From Eledone cirrhosa (Eukaryota): a stretch of 64,000 nt of DNA. Positions 1-12,714 of the stretch are shown in pieces. Position 1 is the first letter of the stretch. Each line of letters opens with the position of its first letter. The stretch spans positions 11,470,001 to 11,534,000 of the forward strand of contig OZ024742.1 in assembly GCA_964016885.1 (NCBI GenBank). Reading direction: 5' to 3'. The notes beneath the pieces were generated by a model that did not search any database, had not been told where the DNA came from, and worked only from the letters and a program-made list of their open reading frames with translations. The translations under genes were made by a program, and so were the position numbers.

Positions 1-3000
1 TAGCAGTGGAGTCTTCTGACGTTCTTGGTCCCGGGACCACAACACTGCTGACTGATTGGTTTAAGGTAGAGCTTGTAGCAGTGAAGACTTCCGGCGTTCT
101 TGGTCTTGGGACCCCAACACTCCTGACTGATTGGTTTAAGGTAGAGCTGGTAGCAGTGGAGTCTTCTGACGTTCTTGGTCCCGGGACCACAACACTGCTG
201 ACTGATTGGTTTAAGGTAGAGCTTGTAGCAGTGGAGTCTTCTGACGTTCTTGGTCCCGGGACCACAACACTCCTGACTGATTGGTTTAAGGTAGAGCTTG
301 TAGCAGTGGAGACTTCGGGCGTTCTTGGTCCCGGGACCACAACACTGCTGACTGATTGGTTTAAGGTAGAGCTTGTAGCAGTGGAGTCTTCTGACGTTCT
401 TGGTCCCGGGACCACAACACTGCTGACTGATTGGTTTAAGGTAGAGCTTGTAGCAGTGGAGGCTTCGGGCGTTCTTGGTCCCGGGACCACAACACTGCTG
501 ACTGATTGCTTTAAGGTAGAGCTTGTAGCAGTGGAGTCTTCTGACGTTCTTGGTCCCGGGACCACAACACTGCTGACTGATTGTTTTAAGGTAGAGCTTG
601 TAGCAGTGGAGTCTTCTGACGTTCTTGGTCCCGGGACCACAACACTCCTGACTGATTGGTTTAAGGTAGAGCTTGTAGCAGTGGAGTCTTCTGACTTTCT
701 TGGTCCCGGGACCACAACACTGCTGACTGATTGGTTTAAGGTAGAGCTTATAGCAGTGGAGACTGCCGGGGTTCTTGGTCTCGGGACCCCAACACTCCTG
801 ACTGATTGGTTTAAGGTAGAGCTTGTAGCAGTGGAGTCTTCTGACGTTCTTGGTCCCGGGACCACAACACTGCTGACTGATTGGTTTAAGGTAGAGCTTG
901 TAGCAGTGGAGTGTTCTGACGTTCTTGGTCCCGGGACCACAACACTCCTGACTGATTAGTTTAATGTAGAGCTTGTAGCAGTGGAGTGTTCTGACGTTCT
1001 TGGTCCCGGGACCACAACACTCCTGACTGATTAGTTTAAGGTAGAGCTTGTAGCAGTGGAGTCTTCTGACGTTCTTGGTCCCGGGACCACAAAACTGCTG
1101 ACTGATTGGTTTAAGGTAGAGCTTGTAGCAGTGGAGACTTCCGGCGTTCTTGGTCTCGGGACCCCAACACTCCTGACTGATTGGTTTAAGGTAGAGCTTG
1201 TAGCAGTGGAGACTTCCGGCGTTCTTGGTCTCGGGACCCCAACACTCCTGACTGATTGGTTTAAGATAGAGCTTGTAGCAATGGAGACTTCGGGCGTTCT
1301 TGGTCCCGGGACCACAACACTGCTGACTGATTGCTTTAAGGTAGAGCTTGTAGCAGTGGAGTCTTCTGACGTTCTTGGTCCCGGGACCACAACACTGCTG
1401 ACTGATTGGTTTAAGGTAGAGCTTGTAGCAGTGGAGTCTTCTGACGTTCTTGGTCTCGGGACCCCAACACTCCTGACTGATTGGTTTAAGGTAGAGCTTG
1501 TTGCAGTGGAGTCTTCTGACGTTCTTGGTCCCGGGACCACAACACTGCTGACTGATTGGTTTAAGGTAGAGCTTGTAGCAGTGGAGTGTTCTGACGTTCT
1601 TGGACCCGGGACCACAACACTCCTGACTGATTAGTTTAAGGTAGAGCTTGTAACAGTGGAGTCTTCTGACGTTCTTGGTCCCGGGACCACAACACTGCTG
1701 ACTGATTGCTTTAAGGTAGAGCTTGTATTAGTGGAGACTTCTGACGTTCTTGGTCCCGGGACCACAACACTGCTGACTGATTGGTTTAAGGTAGAGCTTG
1801 TAGCAGTGGAGTCTTCTGACGTTCTTGGTCCCGGGACCACAACACTGCTGACTGATTGGTTTAAGGTAGAGCTTGTAGCAGTGGAGTCTTCTGACGTTCT
1901 TGGTCCCGGGACCACAACACTGCTGACTGATTGGTTTAAGGTAGAGCTTGTAGCAGTGGAGTCTTCTGACGTTCTTGGTCCCGGGACCACAACACTGCTG
2001 ACTGATTGGTTTAAGGTAGAGCTTATAGCAGTGGAGACTTCCGGCGTTCTTGGTCTCGGGACCCCAACACTCCTGACTGATTGGTTTAAGGTAGAGCTTG
2101 TAGCAGTGGAGTCTTCTGACGTTCTTGGTCCCGGGACCACAACACTGTTTTGCATATTGGTTTAAGGTAGAGCTTGTAGCAGTGGAGTGTTCTGACGTTC
2201 TTGGTCCCGGGACCACAACACTCCTGACTGATTAGTTTAAGGTAGAGCTTGTAGCAGTGGAGTCTTCTGACGTTCTTGGTCCCGGGACCACAATACTGCT
2301 GACTGATTGGTTTAAGGTAGAGCTTGTAGCAGTGGAGACTTCGGGCGTTCTTGGTCTCGGGACCCCAACACTCCTGACTGATTGGTTTAAGGTAGAGCTT
2401 GTAGCAGTGGAGTCTTCTGACGTTCTTGGTCCCAGGACCACAACACTGCTGACTGATTGCTTTAAGGTAGAGCTTGTAGCAGTGGAGACTTCTGACGTTC
2501 TTGGTCTCGGGACCACAACACTGCTGACTGATTGCTTTAAGGTAGAGCTTGTAGCAGTGGAGTCTTCTGACGTTCTTGGTCCCGGGACCACAACACTGCT
2601 GACTGATTGCTTTAAGGTAGAGCTTGTAGCAGTGGAGTCTTCTGACGTTCTTGGTCCCGGGACCACAACACTGCTGACTGATTGGTTTGAGGTAGAGCTT
2701 GTAGCAGTGGAGTCTTCTGACGTTCTTGGTCCCGGGACCACAACACTGCTGACTGATTGCTTTAAGGTAGAGCTTGTAGCAGTGGAGTCTTCTGACGTTC
2801 TTGGTCCCGGGACCACAACACTGCTGACTGATTGGTTTAAGGTAGAGCTTGTAGCAGTGGAGTCTCCTGACGTTCTTGGTCCCGGGACCACAACACTGCT
2901 GACTGATTGGTTTAAGGTAGAGCTTGTAGCAGTGGAGACTTCGGGCGTTCTTGGTCTCGGGACCCCAACACTCCTGACTGATTGGTTTAAGGTAGAGCTT

Positions 3001-6000
3001 GTAGCAGTGGAGTCTTCTGACGTTCTTGGTCCCGGGACCACAACACTCCTAACTGATTGGTTTAAGGTAGAGCTTGTAGCAGTGGAGTCTTCTGACTTTC
3101 TTGGTCCCGGGACCACAACACTGCTGACTGATTGCTTTAAGGTAGAGCTTGTAGCAGTGGAGTCTTCTGACGTTCTTGGTCCCGGGACCACAACACTGCT
3201 GACTGATTGGTTTTAGGTAGAGCTTGTAGCAGTGGAGTCTTCTGACGTTCTTGGTCCCGGGACCGCAACACTCCTGACTGATTGGTTTAAGGTAGAGCTT
3301 GTAGCAGTGGAGACTTCGGGCGTTCTTGGTCTCGGGACACCAACACTCCTGACTGATTGGTTTAAGGTAGAGCTTGTAGCAGTGGAGTCTTCTGACGTTC
3401 TTGGTCCCGGGACCACAACACTGCTGACTGATTGGTTTAAGGTAGAGCTTGTAGCAGTGGAGACTTCTGACGTTCTTGGTCCCGGGACCACAACACTGCT
3501 GACTGATTGGTTTAAGGTAGATCTTGTAGCAGTGGAGTCTTCTGACGTTCTTGGTCCCGGGACCACAACACTCCTGACTGATTGGCTTAAGGTAGAGCTT
3601 GTAGCAGTGGAGTCTTCTGACGTTCTTGGTCCCGGGACCACAACACTGCTGACTGATTGGTTTAAGGTAGAGCTTGTAGCAGTGGAGACTTCCGGCGTTC
3701 TTGGTCCCGGGACCACAACACTCCTGACTGATTGGTTTAAGGTAGAGCTTGTAGCAGTGGAGTCTTCTGACGTTCTTGGTCCCGGGACCACAACACTGCT
3801 GACTGATTGCTTTAAGGTAGAGCTTGTAGCAGTGGAGTCTTCTGACGTTCTTGGTCCCGGGACCACAACACTGCTGACTGATTGGTTTAAGGTAGAGCTT
3901 ATAGCAGTGGAGACTTCCGGCGTTCTTGGTCTCGGGACCCCAACACTCCTGACTGATTGGTTTAAGGTAGAGCTTGTAGCAGTGGAGTCTTCTGACGTTC
4001 TTGGTCCCCGGACCACAACACTGTTTTGCATATTGTTTTAAGGTAGAGCTTGTAGCAGTGGAGTGTTCTGACGTTCTTGGTCCCGGGACCACAACACTCC
4101 TGACTGATTGGGTTAAGGTAGAGCTTGTAGCAGTGGAGACTTCGGGCGTTCTTGGTCTCGGGACCCCAACACTCCTGACTGATTGGTTTAAGGTAGAGCT
4201 TGTAGCAGTGGAGTCTTCTGACGTTCTTGGTCCCGGGACCACAACACTCCTAACTGATTGGTTTAAGGTAGAGCTTGTAGCAGTGGAGTCTTCTGACTTT
4301 CTTGGTCCCGGGACCACAACACTGCTGACTGATTGGTTTAAGGTAGAGCTTGTAGCAGTGGAGTCTTCTGACGTTCTTGGTCCCAGGACCACAACACTGC
4401 TGACTGATTGCTTTAAGGTAGAGCTTGTAGCAGTGGAGACTTCTGACGTTCTTGGTCTCGGGACCACAACACTGCTGACTGATTGCTTTAAGGTAGAGCT
4501 TGTAGCAGTGGAGTCTTCTGACGTTCTTGGTCCCGGGACCACAACACTGCTGACTGATTGCTTTAAGGTAGAGCTTGTAGCAGTGGAGTCTTCTGACGTT
4601 CTTGGTCCCGGGACCACAACACTGCTGACTGATTGGTTTGAGGTAGAGCTTGTAGCAGTGGAGTCTTCTGACGTTCTTGGTCCCGGGACCACAACACTGC
4701 TGACTGATTGCTTTAAGGTAGAGCTTGTAGCAGTGGAGTCTTCTGACGTTCTTGGTCCCGGGACCACAACACTGCTGACTGATTGGTTTAAGGTAGAGCT
4801 TGTAGCAGTGGAGTCTTCTGACGTTCTTGGTCCCGGGACCACAACACTGCTGACTGATTGGTTTAAGGTAGAGCTTGTAGCAGTGGAGACTTCGGGCGTT
4901 CTTGGTCTCGGGACCCCAACACTCCTGACTGATTGGTTTAAGGTAGAGCTTGTAGCAGTGGAGTCTTCTGACGTTCTTGGTCCCGGGACCACAACACTCC
5001 TAACTGATTGGTTTAAGGTAGAGCTTGTAGCAGTGGAGTCTTCTGACTTTCTTGGTCCCGGGACCACAACACTGCTGACTGATTGCTTTAAGGTAGAGCT
5101 TGTAGCAGTGGAGTCTTCTGACGTTCTTGGTCCCGGGACCACAACACTGCTGACTGATTGGTTTTAGGTAGAGCTTGTAGCAGTGGAGTCTTCTGACGTT
5201 CTTGGTCCCGGGACCGCAACACTCCTGACTGATTGGTTTAAGGTAGAGCTTGTAGCAGTGGAGACTTCGGGCGTTCTTGGTCTCGGGACACCAACACTCC
5301 TGACTGATTGGTTTAAGGTAGAGCTTGTAGCAGTGGAGTCTTCTGACGTTCTTGGTCCCGGGACCACAACACTGCTGACTGATTGGTTTAAGGTAGAGCT
5401 TGTAGCAGTGGAGACTTCTGACGTTCTTGGTCCCGGGACCACAACACTGCTGACTGATTGGTTTAAGGTAGATCTTGTAGCAGTGGAGTCTTCTGACGTT
5501 CTTGGTCCCGGGACCACAACACTCCTGACTGATTGGCTTAAGGTAGAGCTTGTAGCAGTGGAGTCTTCTGACGTTCTTGGTCCCGGGACCACAACACTGC
5601 TGACTGATTGGTTTAAGGTAGAGCTTGTAGCAGTGGAGACTTCCGGCGTTCTTGGTCCCGGGACCACAACACTCCTGACTGATTGGTTTAAGGTAGAGCT
5701 TGTAGCAGTGGAGTCTTCTGACGTTCTTGGTCCCGGGACCACAACACTGCTGACTGATTGCTTTAAGGTAGAGCTTGTAGCAGTGGAGTCTTCTGACGTT
5801 CTTGGTCCCGGGACCACAACACTGCTGACTGATTGGTTTAAGGTAGAGCTTATAGCAGTGGAGACTTCCGGCGTTCTTGGTCTCGGGACCCCAACACTCC
5901 TGACTGATTGGTTTAAGGTAGAGCTTGTAGCAGTGGAGTCTTCTGACGTTCTTGGTCCCCGGACCACAACACTGTTTTGCATATTGTTTTAAGGTAGAGC

Positions 6001-7770
6001 TTGTAGCAGTGGAGTGTTCTGACGTTCTTGGTCCCGGGACCACAACACTCCTGACTGATTGGGTTAAGGTAGAGCTTGTAGCAGTGGAGACTTCGGGCGT
6101 TCTTGGTCTCGGGACCCCAACACTCCTGACTGATTGGTTTAAGGTAGAGCTTGTAGCAGTGGAGTCTTCTGACGTTCTTGGTCCCGGGACCACAACACTC
6201 CTAACTGATTGGTTTAAGGTAGAGCTTGTAGCAGTGGAGTCTTCTGACTTTCTTGGTCCCGGGACCACAACACTGCTGACTGATTGCTTTAAGGTAGAGC
6301 TTGTAGCAGTGGAGTCTTCTGACGTTCTTGGTCCCGGGACCACAACACTGCTGACTGATTGGTTTTAGGTAGAGCTTGTAGCAGTGGAGTCTTCTGACGT
6401 TCTTGGTCCCGGGACCGCAACACTCCTGACTGATTGGTTTAAGGTAGAGCTTGTAGCAGTGGAGACTTCGGGCGTTCTTGGTCTCGGGACACCAACACTC
6501 CTGACTGATTGGTTTAAGGTAGAGCTTGTAGCAGTGGAGTCTTCTGACGTTCTTGGTCCCGGGACCACAACACTGCTGACTGATTGGTTTAAGGTAGAGC
6601 TTGTAGCAGTGGAGACTTCTGACGTTCTTGGTCCCGGGACCACAACACTGCTGACTGATTGGTTTAAGGTAGATCTTGTAGCAGTGGAGTCTTCTGACGT
6701 TCTTGGTCCCGGGACCACAACACTCCTGACTGATTGGCTTAAGGTAGAGCTTGTAGCAGTGGAGTCTTCTGACGTTCTTGGTCCCGGGACCACAACACTG
6801 CTGACTGATTGGTTTAAGGTAGAGCTTGTAGCAGTGGAGACTTCCGGCGTTCTTGGTCCCGGGACCACAACACTCCTGACTGATTGGTTTAAGGTAGAGC
6901 TTGTAGCAGTGGAGTCTTCTGACGTTCTTGGTCCCGGGACCACAACACTGCTGACTGATTGCTTTAAGGTAGAGCTTGTAGCAGTGGAGTCTTCTGACGT
7001 TCTTGGTCCCGGGACCACAACACTGCTGACTGATTGGTTTAAGGTAGAGCTTATAGCAGTGGAGACTTCCGGCGTTCTTGGTCTCGGGACCCCAACACTC
7101 CTGACTGATTGGTTTAAGGTAGAGCTTGTAGCAGTGGAGTCTTCTGACGTTCTTGGTCCCCGGACCACAACACTGTTTTGCATATTGTTTTAAGGTAGAG
7201 CTTGTAGCAGTGGAGTGTTCTGACGTTCTTGGTCCCGGGACCACAACACTCCTGACTGATTGGGTTAAGGTAGAGCTTGTAGCAGTGGAGACTTCTGACG
7301 TTCTTGGTCCCGGGACCACAACATTGCTGACTGATTGGTTTAAGGTAGAGCTTGTAGCAGTGGAGTGTTCTGACGTTCTTGGTCCCGGGACCACAACACT
7401 GCTGACTGATTGGTTTAAGGTAGAGCTTGTAGCAGTGGAGTCTTCTGACGTTCTTGGTTCCGGGACCACATCACTGCTGACTGATTGGTTTAAGGTAGAG
7501 CTTGTAGCAGTGGAGACTTCTGACGTTCTTGATCCCGGGACCACAACACTGCTGACTGATTGGTTTAAGGTAGAGCTTGTAGCAGTGGAGTCTTCTGACG
7601 TTCTTGGTCCCGGGACCACAACACTGCTAACTGATTGGTGTAAGATAGAGCTTGTAGCAGTGGAGTCTTCTGACGTTCTTGGTCCCGGGACCACAACACT
7701 GCTGACTGATTGGTTTAAGGTAGAGCTTGTAGCAGTGGAGACTACCGGCGTTTTTGGTCTCGGGACCCCA
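1..7770. repeat. 75-bp tandem array (~103 units, runs off the left edge) with higher-order repeats
   Basis: Unit TAGCAGTGGAGTCTTCTGACGTTCTTGGTCCCGGGACCACAACACTGCTGACTGATTGGTTTAAGGTAGAGCTTG. A 76-bp variant unit (CTGTTTTGCATATTG) recurs at 2145, 4021, 5972 and 7173. Confidence 0.98.
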
Positions 7771-7926
7771 TCATTGCTCACTACTGTCGGAGTGGAGTGG
7801 GCTGCCTGCAGGTGCGAGCCCCGAGAGGTGGAGTGGCTGTTCCAGGACGTCTCCTTTCCCTTACCACCCTCCCGTGGCAGTGTCTTCTTCATCCTGACAG
7901 CCGAGACCATATTAGGGTTGGAGTAG
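7720..7926 (+). mobile_element. 3' end of a CRE-like RLE non-LTR retrotransposon, continuous with the last array unit
   Basis: Translation VAVETTGVFGLGTPSLLTTVG...CEPREVEWLFQDVS...RGSVFFIL resembles the C-terminus after the restriction-like endonuclease of CRE-clade elements (P.A.ET.G..G...L...G....PRE..WL.QR.S....RG). Confidence 0.7.
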
Positions 7927-7963
7927 GATGGCAGTCTTCAGAGAAAAGGCTTCATAATGCTGA

Positions 7964-7969
7964 CATACA

Positions 7970-8054
<85 letters not shown>

Positions 8055-8069
8055 GCACACACACACACA
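7964..8069. repeat. (CA)n microsatellite
   Basis: Direct reading. Confidence 0.95.
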
Positions 8070-8548
8070 TAGCTATATAAGAACCTCCTAGAAAGAAACT
8101 ATACATCAAATGCGAGCACTACAATTGAATCATAGACGTAAGGTTGTGTTATTCTCGGAATTCTCTTTAGTATTATATCAGCGCACATATCATGATATGG
8201 CACTCGTTATGGTCCTTTAATTCCTCCTGTTCAACATCAGATGATCCAGTTGATATACCGTCTCTACTTCTGCTTCACATCTGGAACAGATTCACCGATG
8301 CCATCCCAACACGTCACTTTCACCGCATTTATCCACTTCATGCCTAAATACATTTACCATTTTTTTTTTTTTTTTTCGTTTTTTGCTGATCCTGATGTAA
8401 AATATAATTTCTGTTCTACACTGCTGTATAGACAGAGCTGCAGTAATGTTGAGCTTGTTCTCTGTTGAATAGATCTAACAGACCAAAACCTTCACATAGT
8501 TTTTGTCTCCTGGCTTCAACAAAATATCGGATTGTCCTTTCTTTAATA

Positions 8549-8750
8549 AACGAGGGTGGGCTGAAATGTTTATAGGCTGACTATGAAGGAGTGATGCTAG
8601 AGCTGTGAATTCTTTCATGTATTAATTTCAACTCTTCTTATTAACAACTGTATTGTTTCTTTCCAGGGACTATGTTGAAAAATAAACCTCATTTGGTTAT
8701 TCCATGAGAGTTTTATTGTCAGCCCATGTACTTTTCAACTTACCCTAGTA
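8549..8750. mobile_element. Tc1/mariner-type MITE (~200 bp)
   Basis: Imperfect ~33-bp terminal inverted repeats: ACGAGGGTGGGCTGAAATGTTTATAGGCTGAC versus GTCAGCCCATGTACTTTTCAACTTACCCTAGTA, ending in TA. No coding capacity. Confidence 0.7.
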
Positions 8751-9189
8751 TGCTTCAGTTTTTCACAACAATTCATTTCTTCAGTAAAATTGGAAAGACA
8801 TCAACCCGTAAGGTGAGGTGTGGTCATTCTCTGTAGTTAAACCTTTGCCCATTTGTTCGTGGGGTGCAACTGAAACACTGCTCAGACTGGGGTGTAATGT
8901 CTCTCGCTCACTCCCCTCCCTTCCTTTCCTTGTTTAATTCTGTTCTTTTTTTTCTTTGTTTTTGTAACAATAAAACTTTGTAAAATGAAATATTCCTTAT
9001 ACAGTTTTCCTGCCCTCAGCATGACCAGCCAAACTTACATTCAATATTTATCAATGTTTCCAAACATTTGCCAGGTTTCTTCTCTTGTTTCTTCATTCGC
9101 CTGTTTCTTCTTCTTTCCATCTCTGATATTCTTAATAATATGTTCTTTTGTCGTAAGAAATAGATTTCGTTCTTCATTCCGACTTCTTG

Positions 9190-9255
9190 CGTTCTGAGTT
9201 CAAATTCTGGGATGGTCAACTTTGAGTTTCACCCTTCCGAGATCGATACATAAAT
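9190..9255 (+). mobile_element. Degenerate SINE fragment
   Basis: CTGAGTTCAAATTC..GGTCAACTTTG..TTTCACCCTTCCGAGATCGATA matches the core of the other SINE copies in the window. Confidence 0.55.
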
Positions 9256-9379
9256 CACTATTTTAAGAGCCATCTAGCTTATCAATCGATCTGCTTGTAT
9301 TAGCAACCAAATCTCCCTCATATCACATGGAAAAGCAGATTAGATGAAGAAAAATAAAACAGATTAGAAAATTATATTC

Positions 9380-9795
9380 CTAAAGCTCCAGCTGCAACCT
9401 GGTGCAGTCTGCGACTAACCCAGGTTCTGCTGCACGTCGGGCCGAGGAGACCAAACTCTTCAAATACCGGTCGCTCTCCGCCAGGTTTGCGGTTGTACCC
9501 TTGGCAGTGGAGACTTCTGGTGTCCTCGATCTTAGGGCTACCTCCCTACTCACCAACATAAGCACTGAGATGGCTACCCCTAGCAGTGGAGACTACAGGT
9601 GTCCTCGATCTTAGGGCTACCTCCCTACTCACCAACATAGGCGCTGAGCTGAATACCCCTAGCAGTGGAGACTACAGGTGTCCTCGGCCCTAGGGCTACC
9701 TCCCTACTCACCAACATAGGCGCTGAGCTGGCCAGCCGCAGGTGTGAACCTCGCGAGCTGGAATGGCTTTTCCAGCGCGTCTCCCTTGCCGGGGC
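9380..9795 (+). mobile_element. Second CRE-like RLE 3' fragment with an internal 79-bp triplication
   Basis: GSAARRAEETKLFKYRSLSARFAVVPLAVETSGVL... then EPRELEWLFQRVSLA. The GCAGTGGAGACT unit repeats at 9504, 9583 and 9662. Confidence 0.75.
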
Positions 9796-10482
9796 TGTGG
9801 GGAGGCCACCAATATGATTGACTGACTTGTCATTTTATCAGTCAGATACACAGATATATATATACTGATTAATAAAAAAAAAAAAAAGTTAGTTATTGTT
9901 TAGAAGCAACATCTTATTTTGACCATTATCTCCGCAGAGTAAAAATTGTGTTAAGGACAAATGTTAATAATTTGCTTTCTTTAAATCTAAATTAGTATAT
10001 AAAAACTTTTTCATGAAATTTATATAATTATATCAAATCAAAATATATATGTTTTGTTGTATTGCTTTAACTTTTTGATTTAACTCCTTTATAAATATTA
10101 TGTATATATTTTTTATTAATATAGGATTAACGACGGGGATTTGTCAAAACCAAAAAATACAGGATGGTTTGGGCCGAAACGCATTTGATCGCAGCCCTAC
10201 TCGGCCTAGGGCTGAGATACAGTAGCAAAAACAACAACAACAATATCACTATATATCAATGCGAATCAAGGACACTGCACGTGGTCACACGTATTGCTAG
10301 AAATAGTAGCCAACAAGACTCAAACAGCACAATAACGACATTGAATAATAAGGCTATTTTATTTCTGTTCCTTTCATAATTTTTGTTTTTCTCCTCGCTA
10401 TCTACCTTTATATCTATCTATCTATCTCTCTCTCTATCTCTCTATCTCTCTATCCATCTCTCTCTCTCTCTCTATCTCTCTA

Positions 10483-10552
<70 letters not shown>

Positions 10553-10556
10553 TATG

Positions 10557-10586
<30 letters not shown>

Positions 10587-10588
<2 letters not shown>

Positions 10589-11018
10589 GTTAAAAGAATA
10601 GAGGTGTAACACACAAGTTATTATATATTGGTAAACGGAATAGAAAATGCTGACAAATTGTTCACAGTTGAAAAATGGTTTAATTAGGAATAAAAGAGTA
10701 TTAGTGATTGTATGGGTTAGTATTCAGTTGTGGTTTTAAGTTTTTAAGTTTTTACCGGTTGCGCATTTCTAAATGCTTTTCAAAAATAATTTTGAGATAG
10801 TGTCCGTGCTCTTTGCTCAGATCAGAGCAAACAGCACGGACACTATCTCAAAATTATTTTTGAAAAGCATTTAGAAATGCGCAACCGGTAAAAACTTAAA
10901 AACTTAAAACCACAACTGAATACTAACCCATACAATCACTAATACTCTTTTATTCCTAATTAAACCATTTTTCAACTGTGAACAATTTGTCAGCATTTTC
11001 TATTCCGTTTACCAATAT
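10587..11018. repeat. Long palindrome (~200-bp arms) of a pLTR-like short repeat, flanked by (TA)n
   Basis: Arms are reverse complements about CAGATCAG at ~10820. A single-arm copy lies at 31706-31950. Confidence 0.9.
10857..10893 (+). ncRNA. Hammerhead-like motif with variant core (UUGAAAA...GCAA); mirror copy on - at ~10750-10786 and another on + at ~31748-31786
   Basis: ttt-TTGAAAA-gcatt(taga)aatgc-GCAA-CCGG-TA-aaa. Stem I is weak (A-U only) and GAAA is replaced by GCAA. Confidence 0.4.
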
Positions 11019-11079
11019 ATATATATATATATATATATGTTTATCTATATATATATATATATATATGTTTATCTATCTA

Positions 11080-11129
<50 letters not shown>

Positions 11130-11131
11130 TA

Positions 11132-11191
<60 letters not shown>

Positions 11192-11214
11192 TATCTATAT
11201 ATATATATATATAT

Positions 11215-11390
11215 AGCGGCGATGAATTAGTTTTGCGACATTTGCAACATTGAGGACCGAGTAAGTTAGATCGCAGATATATATATATAAAAGACAGCGA
11301 GAAGCGAAAACCAACCAAACAGTGAGTGTGTTCTGTTATTAATTCTGGCAATATTACGCAAATATGACCCTCCCCAAATATAACAATATA
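11215..11390 (+). repeat. pLTR-tail fragment shared with 28785-28905(-), 29290-29470 and 63670-63725
   Basis: Shared GTGTGTTCTGTTATT...ATGACCCTCCC.AA.TATAACAATATA terminus abutting (TA)n. Confidence 0.7.
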
Positions 11391-11404
11391 TATATATATG
11401 TTTA

Positions 11405-11467
<63 letters not shown>

Positions 11468-11914
11468 GTTTATCTATATATATATATATGTTTATATAAC
11501 TATCTATCGATCCATCTAACTCTCTCTGTCTCTCTGTCAGTCTGTCTATCTGTCTGACAGCCGTTCTCTCTCCCCCTCCCCATCTCTCCTTCACCCCCTT
11601 TATATCTTTTTATATCAATTCTCCAATTATTTCTCCCTCCACCTCCTCCCTCTTCTTCCTCCACGGCCCCCTCTCCCCATTGCCTCTATTCTACTCTTAC
11701 TTCAACACACCATTATATACTCATCATTTCATCACTTTACGAAACATATGTATGCGTGTGGATCTCTCTCTCTGTCTCTCTTGCTCTCTTTCTCTCTCTC
11801 TCTCTCTCTCACTCTCCCTGTCTCTCTCTCTCACTCTCTCTCTCTCCCACTGTCTCTCCCTCCCGCCCTCTCTCCCCCTCTCTCTCTGTCTCTCTCTCTT
11901 TCTCCATATGTATG

Positions 11915-12128
<214 letters not shown>

Positions 12129-12142
12129 CATATATATATATC

Positions 12143-12174
<32 letters not shown>

Positions 12175-12486
12175 GTATGCATACCCCCCTCCCATCCACA
12201 CATATATATATATATATATATACCTTCAAATGTTCCTCATCAGCCAACAGCCAACCCCACTCCGGCAGCCCCCACCGCCTACCACCCAACAGACCTCAAC
12301 AAAAACAGAACACAAGTCACCCGGTGCAGAACTGTTCGATATAACAAAGCAGACGCTCCAGTCATTGGAAATAAACACATCTGTTACCAATTGCCAGAAC
12401 TAGAGAGAGAAACGTTGCTAAGTTTCGCCACCAGCATCTCCCACCTCCCCGGTCGCATTCTACTACTGCTACTCGGCCTATTATTA

Positions 12487-12552
<66 letters not shown>

Positions 12553-12714
12553 TTTGGCTGAGATTTTCTACTTGTTTTTTAATTTTTTATTTTATTTCTT
12601 TCGTTTCTTTTCTTCATTCAACGAAACCATTCTCTTCCAGAGACCGAAATGGTGGTGGTTGGGGGGAGGGGGGAGGGGGGGTATAGAAAACCGAACTGTA
12701 GAAATAAAAATAAT

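Noticed and set aside
1-7770. CRISPR-like array
   Set aside because: No unique spacers, no cas genes, eukaryotic context.
6-7910. Long ORFs on both strands of the 75-bp array (mucin-like S/T/P on minus, Val/Leu-rich on plus)
   Set aside because: The unit is a multiple of 3, so frames stay open by default. Stops occur on both strands and four +1 frameshift units interrupt them; the unit traces to a TE ORF.
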